This document shows positions 1 to 9,903 of a stretch of DNA of 64,000 nucleotides, piece after piece (positions within the stretch are counted from its first letter, which is position 1; each line of letters opens with the position of its first letter). A program made the position numbers and the translations under genes. The DNA lies in the NCBI GenBank assembly GCA_030647355.1, contig JAUSIS010000006.1:90221-154220 (forward strand), given 5' to 3'. Source of the stretch: a bacterium. GTDB lineage: Bacteria; Patescibacteriota; UBA1384; VFKW01. The notes below the pieces were generated by a model. It had not been told where the DNA came from. It made no database searches and saw nothing but the letters and a program-made list of their open reading frames with translations.

Positions 1-196
1 GGGTGGGTTGATTAACCACGATTATTTTGACGCTACCCGAGTTAAACAATTAGCGATGCTTCCGAGTAGAGAGCAATTGAATGGCAAATTGGTGGGTACA
101 CTATCCGGACCGATGTATGGTTTAGTCGGTGTATTAAATGGTAATCTAAGAGGTTTGGTTTCTGTGCTTTCACAGTACCAAGCGATTAAAAAGTAA
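1..196 (+). CDS. rplJ: 50S ribosomal protein L10, 3' part (truncated by window)
   Basis: LAMLPSREQL..KLVGTL C-terminal L10 motif; directly upstream of rplL. Confidence 0.9.
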   Translation, partial: GGLINHDYFDATRVKQLAMLPSREQLNGKLVGTLSGPMYGLVGVLNGNLRGLVSVLSQYQAIKK

Positions 197-211
197 TTAA
201 CTGGAGGACAT

Positions 212-616
212 ATGTCTGAAGAAAAGAAAGAATTAAAGTTCAAGAAACTGGTCGACGAAATAAAAGGTTTATCAGTTATGGAACTTAGCGAACTAGTAAA
301 AAAGCTCGAAGGCGAGCTTGGTGTCAGCGCGGCTATGCCTATGGCTGCGGCCGCTCCGGCTGCAGGTGCTGTAGGAGCCGGGGAAGCTGAAGCGGAAGAG
401 AAATCAGCTTACAATGTTATAATTGCGACTGCCGGCGATCAAAAGATTGCTGTTATTAAGGCAGTCCGCGTGATCCGTCCCGATCTAGGATTGAAAGAAG
501 CCAAAGATCTAGTTGATGGAGCGCCCAAAGAAGTGAAAGCTAATGTTAAGAAAGAAGAAGCTGAAGAAGCTAAGAAAAAATTGGAAGCGGCTGGTGCTAC
601 TGTCGAACTAAAGTAG
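212..616 (+). CDS. rplL: 50S ribosomal protein L7/L12
   Basis: ELSELVK..GVSA, Ala-rich hinge, [25 protein letters not shown]; GGAGG RBS. Confidence 0.98.
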   Translation: MSEEKKELKFKKLVDEIKGLSVMELSELVKKLEGELGVSAAMPMAAAAPAAGAVGAGEAEAEEKSAYNVIIATAGDQKIAVIKAVRVIRPDLGLKEAKDLVDGAPKEVKANVKKEEAEEAKKKLEAAGATVELK

Positions 617-622
617 TTTTTT

Positions 623-701
623 GTCATGACCTCGCATTACTCGGGGAGCGTTTTCGCTTCGCTCGCACTAGCAGACTCCCCTCGTAACGCGAGGTCATGA
701 C
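623..701. repeat. Palindromic REP/MITE-like element, intergenic copy
   Basis: Arms GTCATGACCTCGC..GGGGAG / CTCCCC..GCGAGGTCATGAC; core shared with 1709-1808. Confidence 0.75.
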
Positions 702-720
702 TTGAGATAGGTTGGGTACT

Positions 721-749
721 AAAAGGCCTTCGGTGAACGAAGGCCTTTT
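721..749. terminator. Intrinsic terminator after rplL (bidirectional shape)
   Basis: AAAAGGCCTTCG-GTGAA-CGAAGGCCTTTT. Confidence 0.85.
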
Positions 750-787
750 GTGTAGAATTTTTTGTTATTTTAAGGTATAATTAGGTT

Positions 788-2080
788 ATGAAATTTTCAC
801 TTACTAAAAAAATTAACAATGCGCGGATTGGAAAAATAACAACTCATCACGGCGATATAGACACTCCAGTATTTATGCCAGTGGGAACAATGGGTAGTGT
901 GAGGGCAATGAAAGGCACGGAACTGGTTGGTGTTGGCGCTCAGATTATATTAGGTAATACTTATCATCTTTATTTAAGGCCTGGGGTTGATATTTTAGAA
1001 AGATTTGGTGGTTTGCATAATTTTATGGGTTGGCATGGGCCGATTTTAACAGATAGCGGGGGATACCAAGTTTTTTCGCTTGGAAAGAGAAGTGACAGTT
1101 TCCAATCAGCAGAGGAAGGTGAGGGGTCCATTGATAGTTTTCAGGGTAATCTAGTTAGGATCACTGATGAGGGGGCGGTGTTTAAGTCGCATATTGATGG
1201 AAGCAAGCATTTATTTACCCCTGAGAAAGTAATAGATATACAGCTGGCGATTGGTTCGGATATTATGATGCCGCTGGATCATTGTCCTTCGGCTGACGCT
1301 GATGATAAGGAGATTGAGGCGGCAGTTGATTTGACGTCGAAATGGTTTGAAAGAACATGGAAGTATTTTGATAAAAAAACAAAGGAGATGGAAAAGAAAC
1401 CGGCTTTGTTTGCAATCATTCAAGGCGGAGCCAATGAGAAATTAAGAAAAAGATCGTTTGAATTTCTGTCACAATTCCTAGTGGATGGTTTCTCGATTGG
1501 CGGGGTGGCTAATGCCGGGGAGTCAAAATTAAAGCAGCAGAAAGCGCTGGAATTTACCTTACCTTTAATACCTGAAGATAAACCAAGGTATTTGATGGGG
1601 GTAGGGGAGCCGGCAGATATTATTAATGCTATCAATCAGGGTGTGGATATGTTTGATTGTGTTTTGCCGACAAGGCTGGCGAGGCACGGAGTGGCTTGGG
1701 TGAGTAGTAGTTCGTCAGATCGCTTATTGGAGAGCGTTACGCTTCCTGACGCAGTTGCTCAGGAGCGCTGCACTACGCTTGACTCTCCTCAAAGCAATCT
1801 GACGAACTTGTGGTTAGGGAAAAAGTTTGGGAAGGTTGATTTTAGAAAGAGCAGCCTGAGAGAAGGTAGTGGTCCGATTATGGAAGGTTGCGACTGCTTT
1901 GCTTGCAGGGTGCATTCGCGAGCTTATATACATCACTTAGTAAAATCTAAAGAAATTTTAGGTATTCGTTTGTTAACGGAGCATAATCTAAGGTTTGTTC
2001 TTAGGTTATTTGAGGATATAAGGCGATCTGTCGCTTGGGATAATAAGGAAGTTTTGGCAGTTGATGACAGAAGTATGTAA
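788..2080 (+). CDS. tgt: tRNA-guanine transglycosylase with in-frame insertion
   Basis: TPVFMPVGT, NTYHL, TDSGGYQVFSL, PRYLMGVG, DMFDCVLPTR, CxCxxC..H Zn site. Confidence 0.97.
   Translation: MKFSLTKKINNARIGKITTHHGDIDTPVFMPVGTMGSVRAMKGTELVGVGAQIILGNTYHLYLRPGVDILERFGGLHNFMGWHGPILTDSGGYQVFSLGKRSDSFQSAEEGEGSIDSFQGNLVRITDEGAVFKSHIDGSKHLFTPEKVIDIQLAIGSDIMMPLDHCPSADADDKEIEAAVDLTSKWFERTWKYFDKKTKEMEKKPALFAIIQGGANEKLRKRSFEFLSQFLVDGFSIGGVANAGESKLKQQKALEFTLPLIPEDKPRYLMGVGEPADIINAINQGVDMFDCVLPTRLARHGVAWVSSSSSDRLLESVTLPDAVAQERCTTLDSPQSNLTNLWLGKKFGKVDFRKSSLREGSGPIMEGCDCFACRVHSRAYIHHLVKSKEILGIRLLTEHNLRFVLRLFEDIRRSVAWDNKEVLAVDDRSM
1709..1808. repeat. Palindromic element inserted in frame in tgt
   Basis: AGTTCGTCAGAT..GGAGAG / CTCTCC..ATCTGACGAACT; same core motifs as 623-701. 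Confidence 0.75.
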
Positions 2081-2115
2081 TTGTTTTATAATATAGGTGG
2101 TTAGGGAGGGGTCTA

Positions 2116-2541
2116 GTGCAGGATGTTTTGGCGCCTCATAATTTAGAAACTGGTGGTGTACCCACCCAGCAAGTTGAAGGTGAGAACCTAATAAAACCAG
2201 AGGGGAATTTTTCTAGTACTTTACAGAAAGAGCAGACAACTGAGCAAGAAGTGAGCCCAGAGGTAAATAAGGTAGAGGAGAGGACAGCCGAGGTCGCCGG
2301 GCAACCGATTGTACCGCCAGAGCTGACTTTGGGTTCCCAAATAGCAAGCCAGGGTGTTGATTCTTCGGAAAATAAGCCGAATCAGCCGTCGTTTTCCTAT
2401 AGTGGAACGAAGGATTTTATTAGTAAACATTATAAGGAACCTGATAAAAAGATGGCGGTTGGACCTCTATCGGTCCTACATACAGAAGTTCAGCGAATAA
2501 GAATTGCATATATACTAGCATCGAAGAAGGAAAAAGTATGA
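2116..2541 (+). CDS. Hypothetical acidic low-complexity protein
   Basis: GTG start with GGGAGG RBS; first gene before the ATPase pair. Confidence 0.7.
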   Translation: MQDVLAPHNLETGGVPTQQVEGENLIKPEGNFSSTLQKEQTTEQEVSPEVNKVEERTAEVAGQPIVPPELTLGSQIASQGVDSSENKPNQPSFSYSGTKDFISKHYKEPDKKMAVGPLSVLHTEVQRIRIAYILASKKEKV

Positions 2542-2551
2542 AGGAGATGGA

Positions 2552-5059
2552 ATGTTAGCCACTGGAACACCTTTAATAGTCTATCTTGTTGCGATCGCTT
2601 TACTGCTGGCGGTAGTGTGGTTTGTGGTGTGGCTTGTATTGCATGCCCGTGAGGGGAAAGCTCTTAAAAATGCATTAAGTTTAGTAACGATGCAGGTGAC
2701 TATACCGAAAGAGATGGAAAAATCTTCCGAAGAGGCGGCGGCACCGCCCAAGGATTTCAAGGAACTTTTGTCAGTAGCAGAGCAGATGTTCGCCAGTTTA
2801 CATAGTGTTTTTGAAAATGGATTGAATCCCTGGATTTATGGTCAGGATAGTCTGATTTTTGAAATAATATCTAATGTGGGGCAAATAGTATTTTATGTAT
2901 CTTGTCCAGAAGGCCATCAGAAGTTGGTTGAGAGGCAAATCCATAGTTTTTATCCCGATGCGCAGATTGATATGATTGACGGTCCGAATATTTTCAATAT
3001 GGAGCAGGGGGAAGTGGTAGGGGCTAGTCTGAAGCTTGGTAAGAGGTTCGTTTATCCGATTAAGACTTATAAGATGCTGGAAAGCGATCCCTTGAATGCT
3101 ATCTCGAATGCATTTTCAAAATTAGGGGAGGGCGCTAATGCGGCTTTACAGATTGTAATTCAGCCTGCTAACCAGCGTTGGCAAATTCATACTGCGACTG
3201 CGGCTCAAGCAGTTTCTGAAGGCAAACCGATGCACGCCAGTCTAACTCCGGCGGGTCGGGTGATGTATGGGGCATTTGATGCCGTAGGTTCGGCACTAAG
3301 CAGTGCCGGGAGTGCACAAAACCAAGCGGAGCAAAAGCAGAATGAAAGGGATAACAAAATTCATCGGATCACTCCTCAACAAGAGGAGTTAATGAAGTTA
3401 TTTAATGAGAAAGGAGCAAAGGTTGGCTTCCGGACGATTGTTCGAGTGATTTCCGCAGCTCCGGATAAAAATATGGCTTGGCAGAATTGCGATAATATTT
3501 TGGCGGCATTTTCCCAATATAATCTGCCACAAGGGAATTTTTTCCGAATTATCAAACCGAGGCAGTCGGTACTGCTAACTGATTATGTACTGAAATATTT
3601 TGGTCATTGCCCCAAGATGCTTCTTAATACGGAAGAATTAGCCTCAATGTTTCATTTTCCTAATAGAAATCTGGAGACACCCAATATATTGTGGTCGCAT
3701 TCTAAATTACTCCCACCGCCTGTAACTTTGCCAAAAGAAGGGGTAGTTATTGGAAAGAGCATATATAGAGGGGAGGAAGAATTGGTGAGGATGGGTATTG
3801 AAGATAGAAGAAGGCATTTGTTTATGATTGGAAAGACCGGTGTTGGTAAGACCACTTTCTTTGAGAATATGATTTTACAGGATATTCAAGAAGGAAAGGG
3901 GCTATGCTTCATTGATCCTTTGGGGGATGCAATTGAGAGTATTTTAAAGAAGATTCCCAAGGAAAGGTCAGATGATGTTATTTTGTTTGATCCCGGGGAT
4001 GTAGATTATCCGATGGGGTTGAATCTTTTGGAGTTCAAGAACACTGAAGAACGCGACTTTTTAGTGCAAGAATGCATCGAGATGTTTTATAAATTGTTTG
4101 ATCCCAACCGAACCGGAATGGTGGGACCGCAGTTTGAGCACTGGTTTAGGAATGCTGCTTTGACCGTAATGAGTGACTCGGATGGGGGGACATTGATTGA
4201 AATACCCCGATTGTTTACGGATGACAATTTTCGAAAGCAAAAGATTGCTAAAGTAACAGATCCGATTGTGCGAGCGTTTTGGGATGAGCAATTAGCTAAA
4301 ACTTCCGATTTTCATAAGTCGGAAATGTACAATTATTTTATTTCAAAATTTGGTCGTTTTATGACCAATGATTTAATGCGGAATATTATTGGGCAGAAGA
4401 AAAGCGCTTTTAATATGCGGGAAATTATGGATAGCGGAAAGATTTTACTGATTAATTTAGCTAAAGGCAAGATTGGAGAGATTAACTCTAATTTACTGGG
4501 AATGGTAATGGTTTCAAAGATACAGATTGCGGCGTTTAGCAGGGCTGATATACCTGAAGAGACGAGGAAGGATTTCTTTTTATATGTTGATGAGTTCCAG
4601 AATTTTACAACGGATACTTTTGCCACAATTTTGTCAGAAGCGAGGAAGTATCATCTTAGTTTGAATATTACCAATCAGTATATTGCTCAACTGACTGAAA
4701 AGATACGGGATGCCGTGATCGGTAATGCCGGTACCATTGTAATATATAGAATAGGTGCGGCTGATGCGGAATTTTTGCAAAAAGAGTTGCCAAACGTCAC
4801 AATAAACGATATGGTTAACCTTGACAGATTCCAGGTTTATGTTAAATTATTAATAAATTTGACTCCTTCAAAACCCTTTAGTATGAAAGGGATTAAATCT
4901 GAAGTGGTAGAAAATGAAAGAGTTGGAGAGGTTATTAGACAATTAGTAAGATTCAAGTATGCTAAGGAAAGAACAGAAGTAGAGAGAGTGGTTCTGGGTA
5001 AGAGTTCGCTGGCAGTATCATTTCCCGAGGAACCTGGTATATCTAAGCCGACTCTGTAG
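2552..5059 (+). CDS. Membrane-anchored VirB4/TraD(VirD4)/HerA-like P-loop ATPase
   Basis: N-terminal TM helix; Walker A GKTGVGKT; Walker B LYVDEFQNF; EARKY. Confidence 0.85.
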   Translation: MLATGTPLIVYLVAIALLLAVVWFVVWLVLHAREGKALKNALSLVTMQVTIPKEMEKSSEEAAAPPKDFKELLSVAEQMFASLHSVFENGLNPWIYGQDSLIFEIISNVGQIVFYVSCPEGHQKLVERQIHSFYPDAQIDMIDGPNIFNMEQGEVVGASLKLGKRFVYPIKTYKMLESDPLNAISNAFSKLGEGANAALQIVIQPANQRWQIHTATAAQAVSEGKPMHASLTPAGRVMYGAFDAVGSALSSAGSAQNQAEQKQNERDNKIHRITPQQEELMKLFNEKGAKVGFRTIVRVISAAPDKNMAWQNCDNILAAFSQYNLPQGNFFRIIKPRQSVLLTDYVLKYFGHCPKMLLNTEELASMFHFPNRNLETPNILWSHSKLLPPPVTLPKEGVVIGKSIYRGEEELVRMGIEDRRRHLFMIGKTGVGKTTFFENMILQDIQEGKGLCFIDPLGDAIESILKKIPKERSDDVILFDPGDVDYPMGLNLLEFKNTEERDFLVQECIEMFYKLFDPNRTGMVGPQFEHWFRNAALTVMSDSDGGTLIEIPRLFTDDNFRKQKIAKVTDPIVRAFWDEQLAKTSDFHKSEMYNYFISKFGRFMTNDLMRNIIGQKKSAFNMREIMDSGKILLINLAKGKIGEINSNLLGMVMVSKIQIAAFSRADIPEETRKDFFLYVDEFQNFTTDTFATILSEARKYHLSLNITNQYIAQLTEKIRDAVIGNAGTIVIYRIGAADAEFLQKELPNVTINDMVNLDRFQVYVKLLINLTPSKPFSMKGIKSEVVENERVGEVIRQLVRFKYAKERTEVERVVLGKSSLAVSFPEEPGISKPTL

Positions 5060-5070
5060 GGAAGGAGCAA

Positions 5071-5598
5071 ATGGTAAGTAAAAAAACAACTGGAAACAAG
5101 GCAGTTAAGAAGCCAGAAAGTTTAGTTGACTTAAAGAAGGTCCTGGATAATGCGGAAAAGCAGATACGTATTGCCAAGCAGTTGCTTTTTAAAGAGTTAT
5201 ATTGCGAGAAGGCAAAATCGCTTGAGTCTAGTGATGCTTCGGTTGAGGGTGTATTTGATGGTGTTGATATGGTTGGGTCAGATAGGAAGACCTATAAGGT
5301 GCCATCGAATTATGCCAGTAAATCAAAGTTGGTAGCCGGCGATATAATGAAACTATCAATAGATGATAAGGGAGCATATACGTATAAACAGATTGGTCCA
5401 GTTCAGCGCCAGAGATTAGTTGGTGTCCTTTGTGAGAATGAAACCGGTTATTATGCAGAATGCGAAGGCAGAGTATTTAATGTATTAGCGGCGAGTGTTA
5501 CATATTTGAAGGCAAAGGATGGAGACAGGGTTACATTGTTGGTGGCACGAGATCAAGAATGTAATTGGGCAGCCATAGATAATGTAATTTCCAGTTGA
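5071..5598 (+). CDS. Conserved hypothetical protein
   Basis: Full ORF with RBS, coupled between the ATPase paralogs; EGVFDG..VPSNYASKSKLV motif. Confidence 0.75.
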   Translation: MVSKKTTGNKAVKKPESLVDLKKVLDNAEKQIRIAKQLLFKELYCEKAKSLESSDASVEGVFDGVDMVGSDRKTYKVPSNYASKSKLVAGDIMKLSIDDKGAYTYKQIGPVQRQRLVGVLCENETGYYAECEGRVFNVLAASVTYLKAKDGDRVTLLVARDQECNWAAIDNVISS

Positions 5599-8540
5599 GT
5601 GCGGAGGTGAATATTAATTTGTTTAATCCAATAATAATATTAATAATTGGTCTTATCTTACTTGTAGTGATTGGCTTTATTATTGCTAAAATTCTACGGG
5701 ATAAGAGAAAAATCGAGGAATTTTTAGAGAAAGAATATGTCATTCTCTCAATTATGGTGCCAAAGAATAATGAAAAAACTCCACTGGCGGCCGAACAGAT
5801 GTTTGCGTCTTTGCATGGGATTTTAAAACCACAGGAGGACAAGCAAGAGCATATTAGTTTTGAGATTGCTTCTCAAGATAAATTCACTCAATTTTATGTC
5901 TGTGTGCGTAAAGAGTTGAAAGATTTTGTAGAAGGACAGATTTATGCTCAATACCCTAGTGTAGAAATAAAAGAAGTTCCGGATTATACGGGTATAGAAT
6001 TAGAAGGGATGTCGTCATATGCGACGGAGCTGACTTTAAGTAAAGAGGGTGTTTATCCGATAAAAACTTTTGAAAGTTTTGAGGTTGATCCACTGGCAGC
6101 TATTACAGGTGTTTTGTCGAAGGTTCAGGGTGATGAGCGTATTTGGATACAGATGTTGACCCGTCCGGTTGACGATAGTTGGCAGGATAAAGGCGTACAG
6201 ATCGTAAAGAATATGCGCGACGGGGTAAAAGCTGGGGGAAGTATCGGTCAGGAAATTGCCAACGCGTTTTTAATGCTTTTTAGGGAGCTTCTGATGGCGG
6301 TAGTTTCACCTCCGAAGCCTGAGGAGAAGAAGAAAGAAGATAAGGAAAAGAAAGAGGATAAAAAGTTGCCGGCACCGGTTGAAACGGCGATGGCGGGAAT
6401 CGAGACAAAGATACAAAAGCTGGGTTTTGAGACTAAAATAAGAATTATGACCGTTGCGCATGATGATGAATCAGCCAAGGCGAAGATGTTAGCTGTGATT
6501 GGAGTTTTTCGGCAATTCAATACAACTAATTTAAATAGTTTTGTTTCAGGTAAAATCGTTGATGGCGAGGAGTTACTACCTGTGTTTCAGATGAGGCCGT
6601 TTGGAGACAGAGGATATATTTTTAATATTGAAGAATTAGCTTCTATTTATCATTTTCCTCATATGTCAGTGGAGACGCCATCTATTGTTTGGGCGGGTGT
6701 AAAGAAGGGAGAACCGCCGGCGCATCTGCCAATACAGGGGATTGTTGATGATGATCATATGACAATTCTAGCCCAGACTAATTTTCGGCATCGCGAGCAG
6801 AAGTTTGGTATTAAGATGATTGACCGTCGGTTGCATATGTATAGTATTGGTAAAACTGGAACAGGGAAGTCAACGTTGATGGAAAATATGATCTATGACG
6901 ATCTTATTCGCGGTAGGGGTCTGGCGGTTGTTGATCCTCATGGTCAGACAATTGATCATATATTGAAATTTATACCAGAAGAAAGAATGAAGGATGTAGT
7001 GTACCTAAATCCGGCTGATCAAAGTTGTCCAATAGGTTTTAATCTATTGGAAAGTGTTGAGGCGGACCAAAAGAACATTATGGCTTCTGGGCTCATGAGT
7101 GTGTTTCTGAAACTATGGGAAGGGACATTCAGTGCCAGAATGGAATATATATTAAGGAATACCATTTTAGCATTAATTGATTATCCTAGAGCGACGATGC
7201 TCGGAATCATGAGGGTTTTGAATGATAAAAATTACCGCAAGATGATTTTATCTTACGTGAAGGATCCTGTAATTCTGGATTTTTTCTATAATGAGTACGA
7301 GAAGTATGATCCTAAATTTCGTACGGAAGCAATTGCGCCTATTCAGAACAAAGTCGGGCAATTCTTGTCATCGAGTACGATCAGAAATATTGTAGGTCAA
7401 GAGAAATCTACGATCAATATCTCTGAAATCATGAATAATGGAAAGATTCTTTTGGTTGATTTATCGGTGGGAAAGATCGGTGAGGATAACTCAACACTAC
7501 TGGGTTCCATGATGATTACTAAAATCCAGCTGGCTGCGATGCAAAGGGCGCATGTGCCGGAAGAAGAGAGGCGTGACTTTTATCTATATGTGGATGAATT
7601 CCAAAATTTTGCCACCGAATCCTTTGCTACTATTCTGTCTGAAGCAAGAAAATATCATTTAAATCTAACTCTGACAAATCAATATACGGCGCAGGTTGAT
7701 GAGAAAGTCATGGATGCAATTATGGGTAATATTGGAACCATGGTGGCATTTAGAGTCGGGGCACCAGATGCCGATCTGCTTGCCAAAGAGTTTGAGCCGG
7801 TATTTGAGACGACAGATTTGATTAACCAGCCCAACAGACATATATATATCAAAATGGCAATTGACGGTGTGACTTGTCCGGCTTTTTCAGCCGATACATT
7901 GCCACCTCGAGTATTGGAAAAGAGTTTTGGGGATGAAGCAATCGAATTTTCCCAGACGACATATGGTAGGCCGCGCGATGAGGTTGAGCAGGAGATTAAT
8001 GATTATATGAGTGAGGATATTGAGGAAGCAGTCAAGGAACTTGATCCAGTTATGGCAGAACTTCGTCAGGAATATAAGGAGATATCTATTAAAGGCGGTT
8101 ATAAGTGGTATCTGGGGGCAGGGGAAGAGGGGACAGATGAGGAGCTTATGGAGGAACCTATTAATGACGACAATAACGCCGGGGCGGATGAAACAGATAG
8201 TTCAAACCTGGTAAGCGATGATACCGAGATGGTTGCTCAAGATAGTGTTGGTCAAGATATGCCACAGGATAGTAGTCACATTATCTCCAGTCAGCTGGCT
8301 AATAAAATTGCCAAGAAGGCTAGGAAGAGAAACAGAAATAAAGAAAAGAAGAAGGCATTATCTGCTCAAGAGCAATTAGCTAATCAGGGTGAACTTTCTC
8401 CAGTTCAGATATCTCCAGATAGTATTAATATGCCCCCAGAGTCTACGCAGTCTACCCATTTACCTCAAACAGGATCTCATCATGGGCACCATACGACTAT
8501 CCTCGAAGAAGGAGAGACCGTAGACCTGAAGAATAACTAA
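5595..8540 (+). CDS. Second VirB4/TraD-like ATPase paralog with disordered C-terminal tail
   Basis: TM helix; Walker A GKTGTGKS; LYVDEFQNF; EARKY; shares AEQMFASLH and YPIKT with 2552-5059. Confidence 0.85.
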   Translation: MSAEVNINLFNPIIILIIGLILLVVIGFIIAKILRDKRKIEEFLEKEYVILSIMVPKNNEKTPLAAEQMFASLHGILKPQEDKQEHISFEIASQDKFTQFYVCVRKELKDFVEGQIYAQYPSVEIKEVPDYTGIELEGMSSYATELTLSKEGVYPIKTFESFEVDPLAAITGVLSKVQGDERIWIQMLTRPVDDSWQDKGVQIVKNMRDGVKAGGSIGQEIANAFLMLFRELLMAVVSPPKPEEKKKEDKEKKEDKKLPAPVETAMAGIETKIQKLGFETKIRIMTVAHDDESAKAKMLAVIGVFRQFNTTNLNSFVSGKIVDGEELLPVFQMRPFGDRGYIFNIEELASIYHFPHMSVETPSIVWAGVKKGEPPAHLPIQGIVDDDHMTILAQTNFRHREQKFGIKMIDRRLHMYSIGKTGTGKSTLMENMIYDDLIRGRGLAVVDPHGQTIDHILKFIPEERMKDVVYLNPADQSCPIGFNLLESVEADQKNIMASGLMSVFLKLWEGTFSARMEYILRNTILALIDYPRATMLGIMRVLNDKNYRKMILSYVKDPVILDFFYNEYEKYDPKFRTEAIAPIQNKVGQFLSSSTIRNIVGQEKSTINISEIMNNGKILLVDLSVGKIGEDNSTLLGSMMITKIQLAAMQRAHVPEEERRDFYLYVDEFQNFATESFATILSEARKYHLNLTLTNQYTAQVDEKVMDAIMGNIGTMVAFRVGAPDADLLAKEFEPVFETTDLINQPNRHIYIKMAIDGVTCPAFSADTLPPRVLEKSFGDEAIEFSQTTYGRPRDEVEQEINDYMSEDIEEAVKELDPVMAELRQEYKEISIKGGYKWYLGAGEEGTDEELMEEPINDDNNAGADETDSSNLVSDDTEMVAQDSVGQDMPQDSSHIISSQLANKIAKKARKRNRNKEKKKALSAQEQLANQGELSPVQISPDSINMPPESTQSTHLPQTGSHHGHHTTILEEGETVDLKNN

Positions 8541-8541
8541 A

Positions 8542-8790
8542 TTATTCTTCGCCGAGGGCTCTTTTTCCAGCCTCAATTAGTTTTTTGACTCTTTGTCCGC
8601 CTAAGCGGCCAACTTTGCCACTACGGATATCTTCGGCGTTAGCACGTATACTGCCGCCTTTTTTACCGATTGCCTCGTAGAATTCTTTGCCATATCTCTT
8701 CTTGACAATGTTGCCGCCTTTTTTACCGGCTTCCTGGACAGTCATCCCGCCTTTGGATGGAGTCTGCCTGGAAGATGTAGTAGGTCTCAT
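8542..8790 (-). CDS. KGG-repeat general stress protein (GsiB/YciG-like)
   Basis: EAGKKGG, EFYEAIGKKGG repeats; ATG at 8790 has GGAGG RBS. Confidence 0.85.
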   Translation of the reverse strand: MRPTTSSRQTPSKGGMTVQEAGKKGGNIVKKRYGKEFYEAIGKKGGSIRANAEDIRSGKVGRLGGQRVKKLIEAGKRALGEE

Positions 8791-9341
8791 ATATGCCTCC
8801 AATTACTTATTACAGGGTTAATTATATTAAGCTATTAGTTGAGAAGCATTAGCTAAATTGGCAATTAGGTCAATAGTTATGGGTATATTTATGTAGGAAG
8901 CAATAGGGTTAAAATAATACTCATCAATTTAATATATTATTGTGCGACGTATTAAAAGCCTCTGTGTTAGTTTTTTAGGTAGAGAAGTGTGCTTTTTCAC
9001 CTGTTAATTTTTTTTAAAAAAAAAGTAGGGGAGCGTTAGGCGGGGAGACCCCTATTTGAAAAAATAGGGAATTGTGCGCAACTGGTTTTGGGGTGGGCTT
9101 TGACGGGAAAGTTGGCGGAGAAGTGTGTAAAAGCACATTTTAGTAACTATTTATGTATTGGTTAATTCCTATAATTCAAAAGACCTAACTTACTATAATG
9201 TCGCAAAAGATATATTGTGCGACAATTCAAATCACGAGAATCACTCTATCTTCTGGTTTACTAATGACATCTATAAATTTTGGGACATAGTAAATAGCTT
9301 GGGGGGCTTGCTCTCCCCTGTTCCCTGGTATGATGTGTCAG

Positions 9342-9725
9342 TTATTCGAGTTCTGCTTTGGCTTTTAGTCTCGTTTCAACTTCCTTTTTACCCATAAATC
9401 GGGATAAAAAGAAATACCTAATGATCCCAATATTGTTTAGCATTCTTATAGTAAAGGCAACTATAATGGCAAGATACAGGTCAATTCCTAATCTATCACC
9501 GAGGAATGTAATAATTATAGCTAGGAACATATTAGTAATTAAACCTGAAACAAAGACCGTTGCATTGTAGCGACCTTGTAGATCTCCTCTTATAGCGCCA
9601 AAAACCGAGTCAAGGATTCCCATAATTCCGACAGCGGTATACCTGGCGTATTCAATTGGAATAGTTAAGGGGGTATAAATCCCGAGGATGATACCTATGG
9701 CAAGCCCAATTAACCCATACCACAT
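9342..9725 (-). CDS. Small basic protein family (Sbp/DUF1290) membrane protein
   Basis: ARY..AVGI..ILDSVFGAIR, LGDRLGIDLYLA, RMLNN. Confidence 0.85.
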   Translation of the reverse strand: MWYGLIGLAIGIILGIYTPLTIPIEYARYTAVGIMGILDSVFGAIRGDLQGRYNATVFVSGLITNMFLAIIITFLGDRLGIDLYLAIIVAFTIRMLNNIGIIRYFFLSRFMGKKEVETRLKAKAELE

Positions 9726-9903
9726 ATTACTCCTTTCTGCCCGCGGCAGATAATTCCAGACTGCTTTTAATATAACAATTGCTTAGTTATTGTGCAATAA
9801 CAGATAGAAAGCCGTAGAATCGGCTGCAGCGTGTTTTTACTGGTAGTTGCCATATTTTCATCATCCGGACAGCGCGCGTAAGCGGATATTTTTCATTTTT
9901 TAA

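Noticed and set aside
2552-8540. Conjugative element/ICE
   Set aside because: No relaxase, integrase, VirB6-like gene or att repeats in the window; flanked by core genes.
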